NCBI GenBank assembly: GCA_965203295.1
Contig: CBDBCZ010000014.1
Location: forward strand, 864,001-928,000
Direction of reading: 5' to 3'
DNA: 64,000 nucleotides
Source of the DNA: Nitrospirales bacterium
Lineage (GTDB): Bacteria; Nitrospirota; Nitrospiria; Nitrospirales; UBA8639
Shown: one piece after another, positions 23,026 through 34,859 of the stretch
Layout of the letters: each line of letters starts with the position of its first letter
Position numbering within the stretch: the stretch's first letter is position 1
Program-made: the position numbers and the translations under genes
The notes under the pieces: model-generated
Database searches by the model: none
Told to the model about the DNA's origin: nothing
The model's input: the letters and a program-made list of their open reading frames with translations, nothing else

Positions 23026-24635
23026 GAGGTATGTTCCGATTCCAAAATGGATGATTATAGACTATCTCTACCCATGCAAAATATAATGATTTTGTTAGAT
23101 CGTGCTAAAATCATCCATTTTCCGATGATTTATATTTCTCAATAGAAATGTTAAATCTTCAATAATTATTATCCAATTTTGGATGTTTTATGCCGTCCAT
23201 TTTTGGATGATTTATTAAACTTGAAGCAAGCGTCCAGTTTTGGATGTTTTGTGCCATCCATTTTTGGATAATTTTTGCCATCCATTTTTTTTGTTTCATG
23301 CCATCTATTTTTGGATAATTTATCTAAGTTTAAGCAAGCATCCAGTTTTGGATGTTTCACACTATCCATTTTGGGATGTTTTAGTAAACTTTAAGCAATT
23401 TTGGATGGTTTTTGCCATCCATTTGTGGATGATTTATTAAACTTGAAGCAAGCATCAAATTTTGGTTGTTTCAAGCCATCCACTTTTGGATGCGTTAAGC
23501 AAACATTCATTTTGGATGCTCTTTGCCATCCTGATGATGTAATTGTGGATGCTTTAAATTTTAGATGTAACACCACACAACAGATATGTCAGTAATTAAC
23601 ATACTGTAATTGAAACCAGTGGAACTGCCCCTGACCCTGGGGTTGACGAAGAGAGTGAGCTTGGTGTAGACTTTCTGAGCCTCAACCCCCCGCTTGTAGC
23701 TTTTTTCAATGGGTGCACATACAGTCTTGTTGGGTACAAGCGAACGACCAAGCTTCAGTGCTTGCTTTGCGATTCTCGCTGCTAGTATGTCATGCTGTTT
23801 AGCGAATGGTGTGACCACAATAATGTTCACCTTGATTCATAGGAGGCACTCACTAATGAGGTAGCTTTCCAGTGCGTGTCCTCTACCGCAATTTCGTACT
23901 CTCTGCCTTCCTCACTGCAGTCCCTCCATGATAAGCAAGAAACTGTTATTTTTTGCTATACACAATTGAGATAAACAACACAAACTAGATGTATGTATGT
24001 TGGTGTTATTAAATGTAGTTTTGTTCCTTGTCGATTTCAGTAGCCTTGGTTGTCATTATGGCTATATCATCAGAAAGTGGAAGTTTATTACATCAACTAA
24101 GAATGGATGCTGTGAAACATCCAAGATGGATGTTTGTCTGAAATTAAATAATCATCCAAAAATGGGAGCAATGAAACGTCCAAAATTGGATGCTTGCTTC
24201 AAGTTTAATAAATCATCCAAAAAGGGTTAGCAAAAATCATCCAAAAGTGGGTGATCGCTTTAAGTTTAAAAATCATCCTAAAATGAAACATCCAAAATTG
24301 GATGCTTGCTTCAAGGTTAACAAAACATTCAAAAACGGATGGCATTAAACGTCGAAATTAGATGCTTGCTTCAAGTTTAATAAGTCATTCAAAAATGAAT
24401 GGCATGAAACATTCAAAAATGGATGCTTGCTTCAAGTTTAATAAATCATCCGAAAATGGATGGCATGAAATGTCCAAATTTGAATGATTAATAAAGATTT
24501 AACATCTCTATAGAGATGTATATGCTAAAACCATCCAAAATTGGATGATTTTAGCATGATCTGAAACAAATCAGCCAATTTTGGATGGTTATAGATGGTT
24601 TATATTCATCCATTTCTGGAACTGGACTATACCTA
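23026..24635. mobile_element. Long-TIR (Foldback/Pack-type) non-autonomous element with modular arms and internal cargo
   Basis: ~550-bp imperfect inverted arms made of ~60-bp ttggatg..ttaaacttgaagcaagcatcc subunits. Termini gaggtat / ataccta. Flanking 7-bp direct repeat catgcag at 23019-23025 and 24636-24642. Confidence 0.8.
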
Positions 24636-24791
24636 CATGCAGCTTATGTCAGTCTAATATTACTTGCGTAGTTGTATAGTTATTTATGTCTTTTTTGTTA
24701 GCAATATGCATGGATGCTGGACAGTTGATTGTAGTAACAGTTTGCTACATATACATGACCTGCTTGTGAGCCCTGCATTTATTTCTACTTA

Positions 24792-25330
24792 CTATTTCCC
24801 ACGCTGCGCATGCGTGAGCGGGATTAATAAGTTTTGTTTGTCTGTCGTAGTTGTTGTCGTCACCTGTGATAATAATTTCGAAAACCTTTCGAATGGGCGA
24901 TTCAGAGGCTATAACATCACAAAGCAGGAGGTAACAATTGAAATCCCCAAAAATTGATGCCTATGTACCTGACAGTGACCAAAACGATTCTTGTCTTCGC
25001 ATGTCTAGCTCTTTATTATTCAACATCAGTAAGGTCCAAATACAAAAGACCGGGCATACACAGCCTCTTGACGTGTACATACTGAAGTAGGTATACGTAG
25101 AGAAGTGTCCGTACCATTACTACGACAATTGTCACACCTACAGTATGGATACGGCAATACACGAGCACGGTATACGGGTCTGCGGTCCACGCTGCTGAGT
25201 CTAGGAGTGTATGTGTGTGTGTGGGGGGGGGGGGGGGTGGGAGGGCACATGTATATCTCTGCTAGAGACTTACAGTTATACAGCAGTGATTGATACTGAA
25301 CACGCACTCTTAATGTACGTACCTGTGCTC
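24792..25330 (+). mobile_element. Non-autonomous Helentron/DINE-like repeat (second copy 33050-33630)
   Basis: T-rich start, subterminal hairpin cccacgctgcgcatgcgtgagcggg, gtc-type microsatellite, and shared blocks (gggcgattcagag, tacgtagaga, tctctgctagagactt) with 33050-33630. Confidence 0.55.
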
Positions 25331-25655
25331 TCCATATTTTATTAACAAACTGCTGTACATAATGGGCACTGTATTTATGCTCACGTATCCCACTTTCTCT
25401 CATCAGACTTAGGAGTCAGAAAGATGTGCCTGGTGTTGATCACTATTTCTTTGTGTTTATCCTTTCAGGTTGGTATTTTGGCAGTGTGTGCTCCACCAAT
25501 TCCACTTTGGTGTATCCTTGCAACTCAGCACATTTTGAGGTATAGTATGACAAGCTACAAATGTATGTATTGTTATAATATTACTATAACTGCTGTAATT
25601 ATTATTGCGTGCACATGGAAACCTAGATTACTGAAGTGATTGGTTGTAGCATGTG

Positions 25656-28600
25656 TGTGATACCGCACGTGATTCTAACCTACATTACGTAACATTCTAG
25701 AACATTCGGACCTCGTGGTGTTGACAGTGTTGTATTATCTGACTTTGGTGCTGTCTTGTTCTTTTTGCTATATATCATTTGTTATAGGCGGTTTGTCACA
25801 TAAATATACGCCAGACTGCGGCCGCCTAACGGCGAGCGTCGCAAATGGAGGTCGATGCCGAGACAGCGAGAACTCAATTCAGCTAGCTAGAGCGAGTAAC
25901 TGCCTCGAATTGTAAACTGGATTCATTGGAGCAAAGATGGCACGAGAAACTAAGTCACAGTTGAAGCAGCGAGTGGAAGACCTAAAGGTCAAATTGAGAG
26001 AAGCAGAACAGAGAGCTGAAGCGGTCGAAATTGATACTGAAGAGCTGGAGACGGCCAAGCGAGAGAGAGGCGTCGCGAGAAAGGCCGAGAGGAAGCTCAG
26101 GGGCGAGTTAGAGGCGGCCAAAGGCCGTGCCGATAACTTGGATCGAGAACTGGCAGAGGCTACTGCAGAACTCTCCACAGCCCTAGACCGTGTTGCTGCT
26201 CTTGAAGAAGGGCGTGGTTCCGCATGTGACGAGGATCACGAGGTCGCAATCAGAGAATTGCAAGATCAGCGGGATGAGGCTCGTGATGACGCAGATCGTA
26301 AGCAATGGGAAGTCGAACAGCTTAAAAGGGACTTGGAACTGGAAACAATGAGGGCTAAAGAGAGTGCCAGAGGAGAACTGCAAGTGGCTCATGCCCTGGA
26401 GCTCCAAACCCGTGATGATTTGGTGCGACTATTGGAGTCGCGAGTAGCCGAGTTGGAGAAACAGCTCCAGAAGAGTAGTCAGGAGGCCACTGCGTCTCAG
26501 GGTGGCGTTGAAGCTAGAGGAGGCGGGTCATCGCGATCCCCTGGAACCGGGAGTGAGAGCTCTGCCTCATGGACACTGGGGTCAGAGGGAATTAATCCAG
26601 GACCCCCAACCCGAAAGCTGACACTGCCACCGCTGCCGAAGTTTACCGGAGAGAAGGCAGACGAAGATGCCTTTGAGCGCTGGTCTCGTCGGTTGTTACG
26701 ACATGCTGAATTAGAGAAGTGGACGGATCGTGAGAAGCTGCTCCAGTTGGAGATACACTTGGCTGGTCGGGCAGAACAAGTCTACGAAGTTCTCCCGTCT
26801 GAGTCTAGATCCACTTTCTCTAAGGCAGTGGAAGCCTTAAAGCAGAGGCTTCACCCAGTCAAAAGTGAGGCACTCCTGTCGGCACAATTGATGAGAAGAA
26901 AGCAGCAGTACTTGGAGTCTGTGGATCAGTATGCGCAGGAGTTCGAGAGTTTGTTTGAGAAGAGTTACGGAAGAAGAGCGGGGATGGATACTTCCTCGAA
27001 AGAGATGCTCAAAAGAGATCTCTTTGTCCAAGGCCTCATCCTTAAGTGGCAGAAGAAGGTCTTACCCTCAGCAGCCACATTCAGTGATGCCCTCCACCAG
27101 GCTCGCTTGGCTGAAGAGCAACACAGGCAGCTGGACGAGTTGCACAAGGGCTGTCAGCAGGAGCGGCCACAGCCGAAGAAGACGACAGAGAAAACTGCTG
27201 ACCCTGGGAATGCTGGTGGTGATGATGTCGAGAAGCAGACATCGAGTACCCTGCCCTCGAGCTCCACCGTGAGTCGACCATTACGTTGTTTCAAGTGTGG
27301 AAGTCTTCACCACAAGGCACGAGAATGTCCCCTGCGACAACCTCCCACTGAGTCCCCTGGTCGAGCGGGGACCAGGACTGCTACTAGTTCCACTGTGACC
27401 GCCGCACACAACTCCTCGCCTGAGCCGTTGCAGGATAGATGTCTCCGCCTGCAGAAGGAGTGGACCACTGCGGAACACCAGAGGATGACAGCCGATTACC
27501 AGACGTATGCAGAAGTTGGCAAAGTGACGGCAGCCATTGGGCCTTTGTTCTATGCCACGGTGAGGGTCGAGGGGGTGCCACTTCAAGCCACGCTAGACCC
27601 TGGATCTTCAGCGACCATAATCCCGTACAGTTTATTCAGGGAAATTGGGAAGAAGGCCCGTATCCCCGCTGAGTCGCTGCAGCCTCCCGACGTCACTTTG
27701 CGAGACTACAACCAGGGGCCTATCCTCGTTGGAGCCCGAGTCGAGCTAACGTTCGCATGGAAAGACAGAGGTGTCACTACACTGGCGTACATACGCTCAG
27801 AGCTGACTGGCAGTAACGACTCCTGTCTCTTGGGGACGAACGTAATCGTGCCCCTAGGACTAATGGTGCCAGACCAGGGAGTGGAGGCACGTGGAGGAGC
27901 CGAACCCATTGAGCCAGCGACGGTGAGTGAAGCACAAGTACACGTAGTTGGGGCTGCTCGAATCCCCATCCGTTCTGCTGTAGTGGTAACTGCAGAGATC
28001 CGTAATCTTTCGGAGAAACAGCCAATGCTGTTTGAGCCTGATGACACGTGGCTAGCCGAGTCGAGGTTACAAGTGGAAGACTCACTGCTGGACCTCGATG
28101 AAACAGGGCAAGTGAGCCTGGTGATTCATAACCCGACTGGTGAATCGCTGAGGCTGGATGCTGGTGATAGCATCAGAGTGGCTACAGCTTGCCTGGATCC
28201 TGACCACCCTGAGGGGGCTGTGTCCGAGATAGCCTCAATGGAGGAGGTGTCAGACGTCCAAGTCAACCTTGTGCATCCAGAATGCACTGCAACTAGCCAA
28301 ACCAGGGAGAGAGAGTTGAGCCGGATGCTTGACATTGGCACAGATCAACTCACTCCAGAGGAGGTGGCGAAAGTCCGTAGTTGTGTGCTGCAAGCCCACG
28401 ATATCTTCGCTGTGGAAAAGAGCGAGCTCGGAAATGTGAGTGAAGTCCAGCATCGTATTGAGACTGCGATCTCTAAGCTAGTTGATCGACCTGACCAAGA
28501 CCCAATTCGTGTTAATCTCGATCGTGTCAGCAAGTGTTCCTGTGAACTACCAGACGTGTCCTGGTTAGGCCCACGAGCACGACGACACCGGCGACGGAAG

Positions 28601-28888
28601 CCACGTCAATCCGGAAGGCAAGCTGGAGAGCGCCTACCGGAGACCGACCAAGATGGAGCCCGTGTCATTCGAGGACGTGTGAAGAAGAGGAGGCGGGTAT
28701 TGTGATACCGCACGTGACTCTAACCTACATTACGTAACATTCTAGAACAATCGGAACTCGTGGTGTTGACAGTGTTGTATTATCTGACTTTGGTGCTGTC
28801 TTGTTCTTTTTGCTATATATCATTTGTTATAGGCGGTTTGTCACATAAATATACGCCAGACTGCGGCCGCCTAACGGCGAGCGTCGCA
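25656..28888 (+). mobile_element. Gypsy-type LTR retrotransposon, internally deleted (non-autonomous)
   Basis: 188-bp TG...CA LTRs at 25656-25843 and 28701-28888 (3 mismatches). 4-bp TSD tgtg. PBS tggaggtcgatgccgaga at 25846 (resembles the complement of a tRNA-Gln 3' end). PPT gaagaagaggaggcggg before the 3' LTR. Confidence 0.95.
25937..28705 (+). CDS. gag-pol: Gag-protease polyprotein fused in frame to the integrase C-terminal tail (922 aa)
   Basis: N-terminal coiled coil, capsid-like LPKFTGE..FERW..WTDREKLLQLEIHLAGRAEQVY, zinc knuckle CFKCGSLHHKARECP, aspartic protease LDPGSSATII..LLGTN, pre-RT DIFA..ELGNVSEVQHRIET, then LVDRPDQDPIRVNLDRVSKC. No YxDD, RNase H or DDE motifs. Confidence 0.9.
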   Translation: MARETKSQLKQRVEDLKVKLREAEQRAEAVEIDTEELETAKRERGVARKAERKLRGELEAAKGRADNLDRELAEATAELSTALDRVAALEEGRGSACDEDHEVAIRELQDQRDEARDDADRKQWEVEQLKRDLELETMRAKESARGELQVAHALELQTRDDLVRLLESRVAELEKQLQKSSQEATASQGGVEARGGGSSRSPGTGSESSASWTLGSEGINPGPPTRKLTLPPLPKFTGEKADEDAFERWSRRLLRHAELEKWTDREKLLQLEIHLAGRAEQVYEVLPSESRSTFSKAVEALKQRLHPVKSEALLSAQLMRRKQQYLESVDQYAQEFESLFEKSYGRRAGMDTSSKEMLKRDLFVQGLILKWQKKVLPSAATFSDALHQARLAEEQHRQLDELHKGCQQERPQPKKTTEKTADPGNAGGDDVEKQTSSTLPSSSTVSRPLRCFKCGSLHHKARECPLRQPPTESPGRAGTRTATSSTVTAAHNSSPEPLQDRCLRLQKEWTTAEHQRMTADYQTYAEVGKVTAAIGPLFYATVRVEGVPLQATLDPGSSATIIPYSLFREIGKKARIPAESLQPPDVTLRDYNQGPILVGARVELTFAWKDRGVTTLAYIRSELTGSNDSCLLGTNVIVPLGLMVPDQGVEARGGAEPIEPATVSEAQVHVVGAARIPIRSAVVVTAEIRNLSEKQPMLFEPDDTWLAESRLQVEDSLLDLDETGQVSLVIHNPTGESLRLDAGDSIRVATACLDPDHPEGAVSEIASMEEVSDVQVNLVHPECTATSQTRERELSRMLDIGTDQLTPEEVAKVRSCVLQAHDIFAVEKSELGNVSEVQHRIETAISKLVDRPDQDPIRVNLDRVSKCSCELPDVSWLGPRARRHRRRKPRQSGRQAGERLPETDQDGARVIRGRVKKRRRVL

Positions 28889-30261
28889 TGTGCATGCATG
28901 GTGCTTCTTGTGTGCATGCACATTTAGCTAGTACTCTTACTCCCCTCTCGAAGGGCCTCTAGCACTGTATAGGCCCTCAAATTATACATGTAGGCAGAGT
29001 TAGAACGAAAATTTGCTGTACCTAGTACTGTCATACTGTTCCAGATACAGTGGATTCAACCACTCTATTATGGACCATTTGGGGACCTGGTGAAGTGTCC
29101 TTTATAGAGAGCTGTCCTCATTTCAGGGGTATTTGACTAGTCGGAGCGTGCAACCGCACGAACTGCTGGTTCTAAGATTGCTTTATGTTTTCCGCCATTG
29201 TCTGTCTGTTTGTACGTTTGCACTTATCACGTGCACAATACATATCATCATACATCAGAGTAAGCCACTAATGATCGGCCGCCAAGTATATTCGGTCGCG
29301 CTAGCTCCAAGCTCGTAAATTACGGAAAGTGGTTGTGGCCGTTGATTGATAGTATAGACCCTTCGCAGTTTGAGTTGAAAGTTAGGTGTTCCTCCTTTGC
29401 TTGTTTTTGGAATAGCCTTCCAAATTTTAAATTCGGACACAGCTATGATCACATGAATGTACATGTATGTATTGTCGGACCGTGTTTCCTCCCTGAAGTG
29501 ACTTTCTGTGATCTTTTTTATTAGTGGGAAGCCCCACTACCATACTGCCACACACCAACCTTTCGCCATCGCAGCTACTTTGAGCACGGAGGGGTGCTAT
29601 TAGAGCTGTGTCACACTCTTTATAATCGGACAGTGAAATTTTGCATTTTTTCTGTGTAGAGATCCCATAACCCTCTCCAACACTAGGATTCGGATATTGT
29701 TAGAAAGTTAACAGGTACTTAGCAGCACAACAGTGCAAGCCCGGTGTTCATACGTAGTATGGTTCCGAGATAGAGAGAGATAAAGCTGTTTGTCTTGATT
29801 GCTTCCAAAAATTATAATGTTGAAGCTTTTAGTGTACGAAATCAGGTAAAACAGCTCTATCTCAGGAAGGACACAATGTATAAACATAAGACTTGCACCG
29901 TTGCGTTGCTAAATGTCTGTACATGCATTTCCAACAATATCCAAATCCTAGCGTTGTAGAGTGTTATGGGGTCCTTACACTAAAAAAAGTCGAAATCCAC
30001 TGTCCGATTGTAGAGAGGGTGACATGGCTCTACATTCAACAGCACCCGTCTGTGCTCAAAGCAGCTACGATAGCGAAAGGTCACCGAAAGTTGCTTCAGG
30101 GAGGAAAGACGGCACGAAGTCCAACAATACATGCATTTGTCCAATCACATCTGTATCCAAATTTTAACTTTGGAAGGCTATAGCTCCAGAACCAAGCAAT
30201 GCAGCAACACCAAACTTTCAACTCAAAGTGCGAAGGGCCTGTACTATCGATTGAAGGCCCC

Positions 30262-31843
30262 ATCAGCTAAGCATTCACAACACAAAAAACAGCTAGCAGA
30301 GAAACGAAGCGGAGAGCATGATGATGATTCCCAAGCCTTGAAGTCGTACGAGCAGGAAGTTCATCCTTGGGGTGAGACTCTTTCTGAGGCTCATAAGCTG
30401 TGGCGCGTGAAGGTGGTGGCGGCGTTCATGAGGGCTGGTGTTCCATTAGCAAAGCTCCATCATTTTAGAGATTTACTAGAGGAGCATGCTTACAGCCTAA
30501 GTGACAGATGTGGCATGTGTGACCTGATTCCATTTGTTCAGTCAGAAGAGCAGCAGTGAATTAGAGCTGAGCTACAAGGGAAAAAGATCTTTGTCATTTT
30601 TGATGGTACTACCCGTCTAGGAGAAGCACTGGTTATAGTAGTCAGGTTCATTGATGGCTTTGTGATCAAGCAACGCTTAGTTTGCTTTTCAACCCTTACA
30701 AAGTCCTTGACAGGAGAGGAGCTAGCTAGAGTGCTGATTAGTGTTCTCTCATTTGAGTATGGAATCACATCAGATAGGTTGTTAGCTGCAATGCGAGATA
30801 GAGCCAGCGTGAATGGGGTTGCAATGCGCACGATCAAGGTTGTGTTCCCTGACATGATTGATGTAGGCTACTATTCTCACACCATTGACCTTGTTGGGGA
30901 TAAGTTTCGAACACCGATCCTTGACACTTCCATTCGACTGTGGGTCTCCCTCTTCGCCCATAGCCCTCGAGCTAGGTTATGGTGGAAGAATAAAACAGGA
31001 AAGGCCATGACTTCCTACAGTTCCGCCCGCTGGTGGAACAAGTGGAAAGTTATGTCCCAGGTAATGAGCTACTTTGGTGGTGTAGCTCCTTTCCTGCAGG
31101 CTAACCCTGAGATGTCGCCAGCAACAAATCAAAAACTGCTGGAGATGCTTCAGAATCCCACTGTAAGGCCTTATGTTCAGATGGAGCTAGCTGCTGTAGT
31201 GGATGCCGGTGATGCCTTCGTAAAGGCCACCTATAACCTGGAGGGAGGTGGGCCTGTAGTGCTCAGGTGCTATGAGATATTAAACACACTGACTGCCGGC
31301 ATACAAGTAGGCCACTACCCAAATGTGTGGGCTATTGCCCAGACACTGTCAGGAAGGTCACCAGCGACCTTTCAGCAGTGGGTTCAGTATGCCCATACAT
31401 GCATTAAGCCTGGCCTCCAATATTTTCTGGACAAATTCACACAAGAATTGAGTGGAAGTGTGGCGGCATTCAAGGCTGCTCGCCTCTTTCTTCCACAGAA
31501 AGTGGTTGAGCTCAAACCGGATGCAGCTGCAGTAGATTCACTGCAGGCCTTCCTTTTCCTTAAGGCATCAATTCTGGTAAATTTTAAGTCTGAATTGCCA
31601 AGCTACCTAGCCAAGGCAGCAGACATTGATGCTCAGACAGACCCACTGGTCTGGTAGAAATCTCACCATGCTGACCTCACTCACTGGTCTACTGCCGCTG
31701 CTGATATTCTTCTAGTGCAGCCATCTTCAGCTACTGCAGAGCAGGTTTTCTCCCTGCTGAAGGCATCTTTCGGACCACAGCAGGATGTCACCCTAAATGA
31801 CTATATCCAAACATCCCTCATGCTCCAGTACAACAATCGTTAA
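30262..31843 (+). pseudogene. hAT-superfamily transposase, 5'-truncated, two in-frame stops
   Basis: One frame: ..VIFDGTTRLGE..AMRDRASVN..YYSHTIDLVG..ARWWNKW..DPLVW*KSH..QPSSATAEQVFSLLK..YNNR*. Stops at 30557-30559 and 31655-31657. Includes the hAT dimerisation-domain motif. Confidence 0.85.
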
Positions 31844-32008
31844 CCGACCATTCTAACTGAGATTCTCTTGTTATGTCATTGATATGTTCACTATAATGTA
31901 AACTGCATGCATGTGCAATTGAGTTGATCACATATTTACCACATTTGAGTCAGTCAACGTTACATGAAATGCCAAAAGTCCATGATATGGACTCATGTCA
32001 TGACAATT

Positions 32009-32123
32009 TCACGAGCATAATTCGAGCATAATAGGGGCATCTGTTGAGCATAATAGGTAGATTTTTGGAGCAATGCAGCATAGCATAATAGGTAGATTTT
32101 TGAGCATAATAGACTCACCACTA
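32009..32123 (+). repeat. Subterminal gagcataat repeats, probable right end of the hAT element
   Basis: Five (g)agcataat units ending in ctcaccacta. A related end occurs at ~4935-5090. Confidence 0.6.
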
Positions 32124-32532
32124 GCTAAGCCCAAGGGATAATTGAATAATGCTGAGTGGATAACAGATAAAGTATAGTCTAACTGACTTGTACCACACAC
32201 AACAGCCACACATAGGCTTTGATAGCAACACTTGCAGTACTTCTAAGGAGGGAGGTATGTATATTGCCCTAGCCCCAGGGAAACTATGTATGTTTCCCTC
32301 TCCACATCCTGTCTTCCACATCCTGTCTTCCACTAAAAATCAAAGGCACCCCCCCCCAGTGTGTTTCCAGCTAATACACTCCAAAAGTGGTGTATTACTA
32401 ATACACCTAGCCACAATTCAATTTCACAGCTGGTAATGATCCTGGCAAAAGTGCACCACTTGCCACACACACTAATTCAATAAGTGAAGCCTAGCACTCG
32501 CAGCTGAGACCTCTGCAATGCCCTGCTGCTAC

Positions 32533-32642
32533 AAGTCGGTAACATCACTCCGTTCGGTGGTTTAGTAATATACACACCTCGGGCTTCGCCCTCGGTGTGT
32601 ATATCACTAGACCACCTCCACCTCGTGATATTATCTTAACTT
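32533..32642 (-). mobile_element. GCGAAGC-apex hairpin element (family member 1)
   Basis: Imperfect palindrome centred on cctcgggcttcgccctcgg at 32577-32595. Confidence 0.75.
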
Positions 32643-33049
32643 AGACCTAGTCATAAATAATATCCTTTGAAGTATGCCTGCTATAAGTAAGGCCCCTTGG
32701 TCAAGGATGATTGGGGATGAGAGGCATGCAGGTTTCCTGCCCCCCAAACCCAGTTACCCGTTCTAGAAGTCATGTGTTTAGTGTAAAGACTCCTTTGCTA
32801 AGTACAGGTTAAATGTTTTTGTTTTTTATCTTAGTGCTACGGCAAGAAGTTCAGCTGAGCTAGAAGAGATGATTGAGTTACTTGCAGACTATGAGGTACA
32901 TACATATATAAAGATGTATTATGGTGTATGTGCTGTTAATAGATGATAATTAATAGTGCATACACCTTTTGTCTACACAACTGAAATTTAAAGCCCACCT
33001 CCCTGTTTGCTGAGATCCTATGTAGTATATTCTGTGATTTGCATTACTT

Positions 33050-33630
33050 ACTTTTTACCCCGCGCTGCGTATGCGCGAGCGGGGTGAAGTAATTGGGTTT
33101 TTCCGCCTGTCGTTGTCGTCGCCTGTCATACAAAAATTTTAACGGGCGATTCAGAGACTACAACAACTGGAGGATAACGCTCAAGTCCATGGTACATTAG
33201 CTAATATGTACCTGATAAAGTAGAACGTGGTTTTATTCTCGGCATTTCCACGCTTATTCTGATTATCGGTGTCTTCCACCATTTTTTAATATGCCAATTG
33301 GTCACGCCTTTTTTAATACAGCAGTTGGTCACGCCTACAGCTTGAATACGGACATCCGCAAGCTCTCGAGTATGGTATACGAGTCTATTATTCAACATGA
33401 AGCTTAAAAGGGATAGAAAGCATACTGGAATATACGTAGAGAAACGCCTGTGTCATTACTACGGCGATTAGCCACGCCTACAGCTCATATACGGCGTTAC
33501 ATGAACACGGTATGCGGATCTACATGCTGTTTCCAGTCTGCAGGGTGTTGTATGTCTCTGCTAGAGACTTCTAGTTTGTAAGAGCCGTTGAATGTAGTGC
33601 AGAATGCCCTCAGTATGTATGGACGCATAC
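33050..33630 (+). mobile_element. Non-autonomous Helentron/DINE-like repeat
   Basis: tttttaccccgcgctgcgtatgcgcgagcggggt hairpin followed by gtcgttgtcgtc. Homologous to 24792-25330. Confidence 0.55.
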
Positions 33631-34859
33631 TTGGTTGTTTAATGGCAGCCCTTTAGCTACTATCTCATGTATTAATCCCTCTGCATCCAGTTATTTCCCA
33701 TACATACAGTATATGTACATTCTCTAGGTTCTGTCTGTACTAGTCTGTCTGTGCCCAGACAGTTTATTGGATGTACGTACCTACACATGTAATTGCTGTT
33801 AGCTGTTTAATTGCCTGTATGCTAAATGAACCTATAAGTGTACTGGTTTAGAGGTACACTAAATAGTTATGTCATTGTGAATGGACATGACATGAAGATG
33901 TACTAATTGCTGTGGTATATTAGTACGTTTCCTTACAGGAAGTTCCAGAGCTAGTAAAGTATGTTCTTGATGAGGTGGAAGCCAGCAACCCTCCTCTAGC
34001 TGGCTGTGTGGAGCAGGTATGTACTTCTGTGCTTTATTTGAATGTTATACTTTATGTAGTGTGGATTTAAAGGGTTGTTACAGTAGGTGAAAAACCTGTT
34101 CACCAAGCTCCTGTGCCCAGTAGGTCTGCTTTATGATGCAGATGCTTGGCTGTCTAGCTAAAGAATTGATGTTCAGCTTCTATAGCTAAGCAGTCACTGA
34201 TAGTACAGTGTGAATCTTTCCAGAGCAATTCGGTAGGTTTGATTGCTTTGCAAGTTGTTCTGTGCTCCTTTGTTTGTGTGGATATAAAGAGTCACAGTGG
34301 CTAAAATCATAAATTATGCACATTGTGAAGCCATGTGTTACCAAAGACATGAAAAAAGAGATTGGCGCCCAAGCGGGAGCATTCTCTCATGTTTCTAAAA
34401 TTGAGTTATGTACATATGGTATGAGCGAATGAAGAGACGAGATGGGCTGATCAAAACACTTGACCATGCCACCATCCATGTCAGTTTTAACACAAACATT
34501 ACAGTCATTAGGTCTGTAGCAGGTGCTCCTTTGCTAGAAGACTTGTTGAGTTAGCCCATATGTACTGCTATTCTTACACAAAAGCTTCACACATACGTAC
34601 ATGTGTGTATGTGCTCATAAACTATCTTGGTGGGGCAGTGGCATGTCACGATTGCTGGGCCTGGTAAAGTCTGCCCCTTCCGTTCAAGAGTTCAACACAT
34701 GTTAAATTAAGACAACTTGCCACTTCCAGAACTACAGTACTAGCATGTTAGAGCACCTACACGTAAGCTGTACTTCTATCCTTGTCAGCTCTCCTATCGT
34801 CGTCGCTTGCACTGCAAATGAAAAAAAATATTTTTTGGACAGCTGGGTACAAGGTTGCT

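Noticed and set aside
23169..23595. Repetitive HPKLDACF.. ORFs
   Set aside because: They come from the 60-bp subunits of the TIR arms.
24702..24765. ag..gt-bounded open segment as an alternative NPHP3-like exon bypassing the TAG
   Set aside because: The phase fits, but there is no resemblance to NPHP3, whereas 22828-22930 matches in length and sequence.
26183..28533. Antisense and alternate-frame ORFs within the LTR element
   Set aside because: Shadows of the GC-rich gag-protease ORF.
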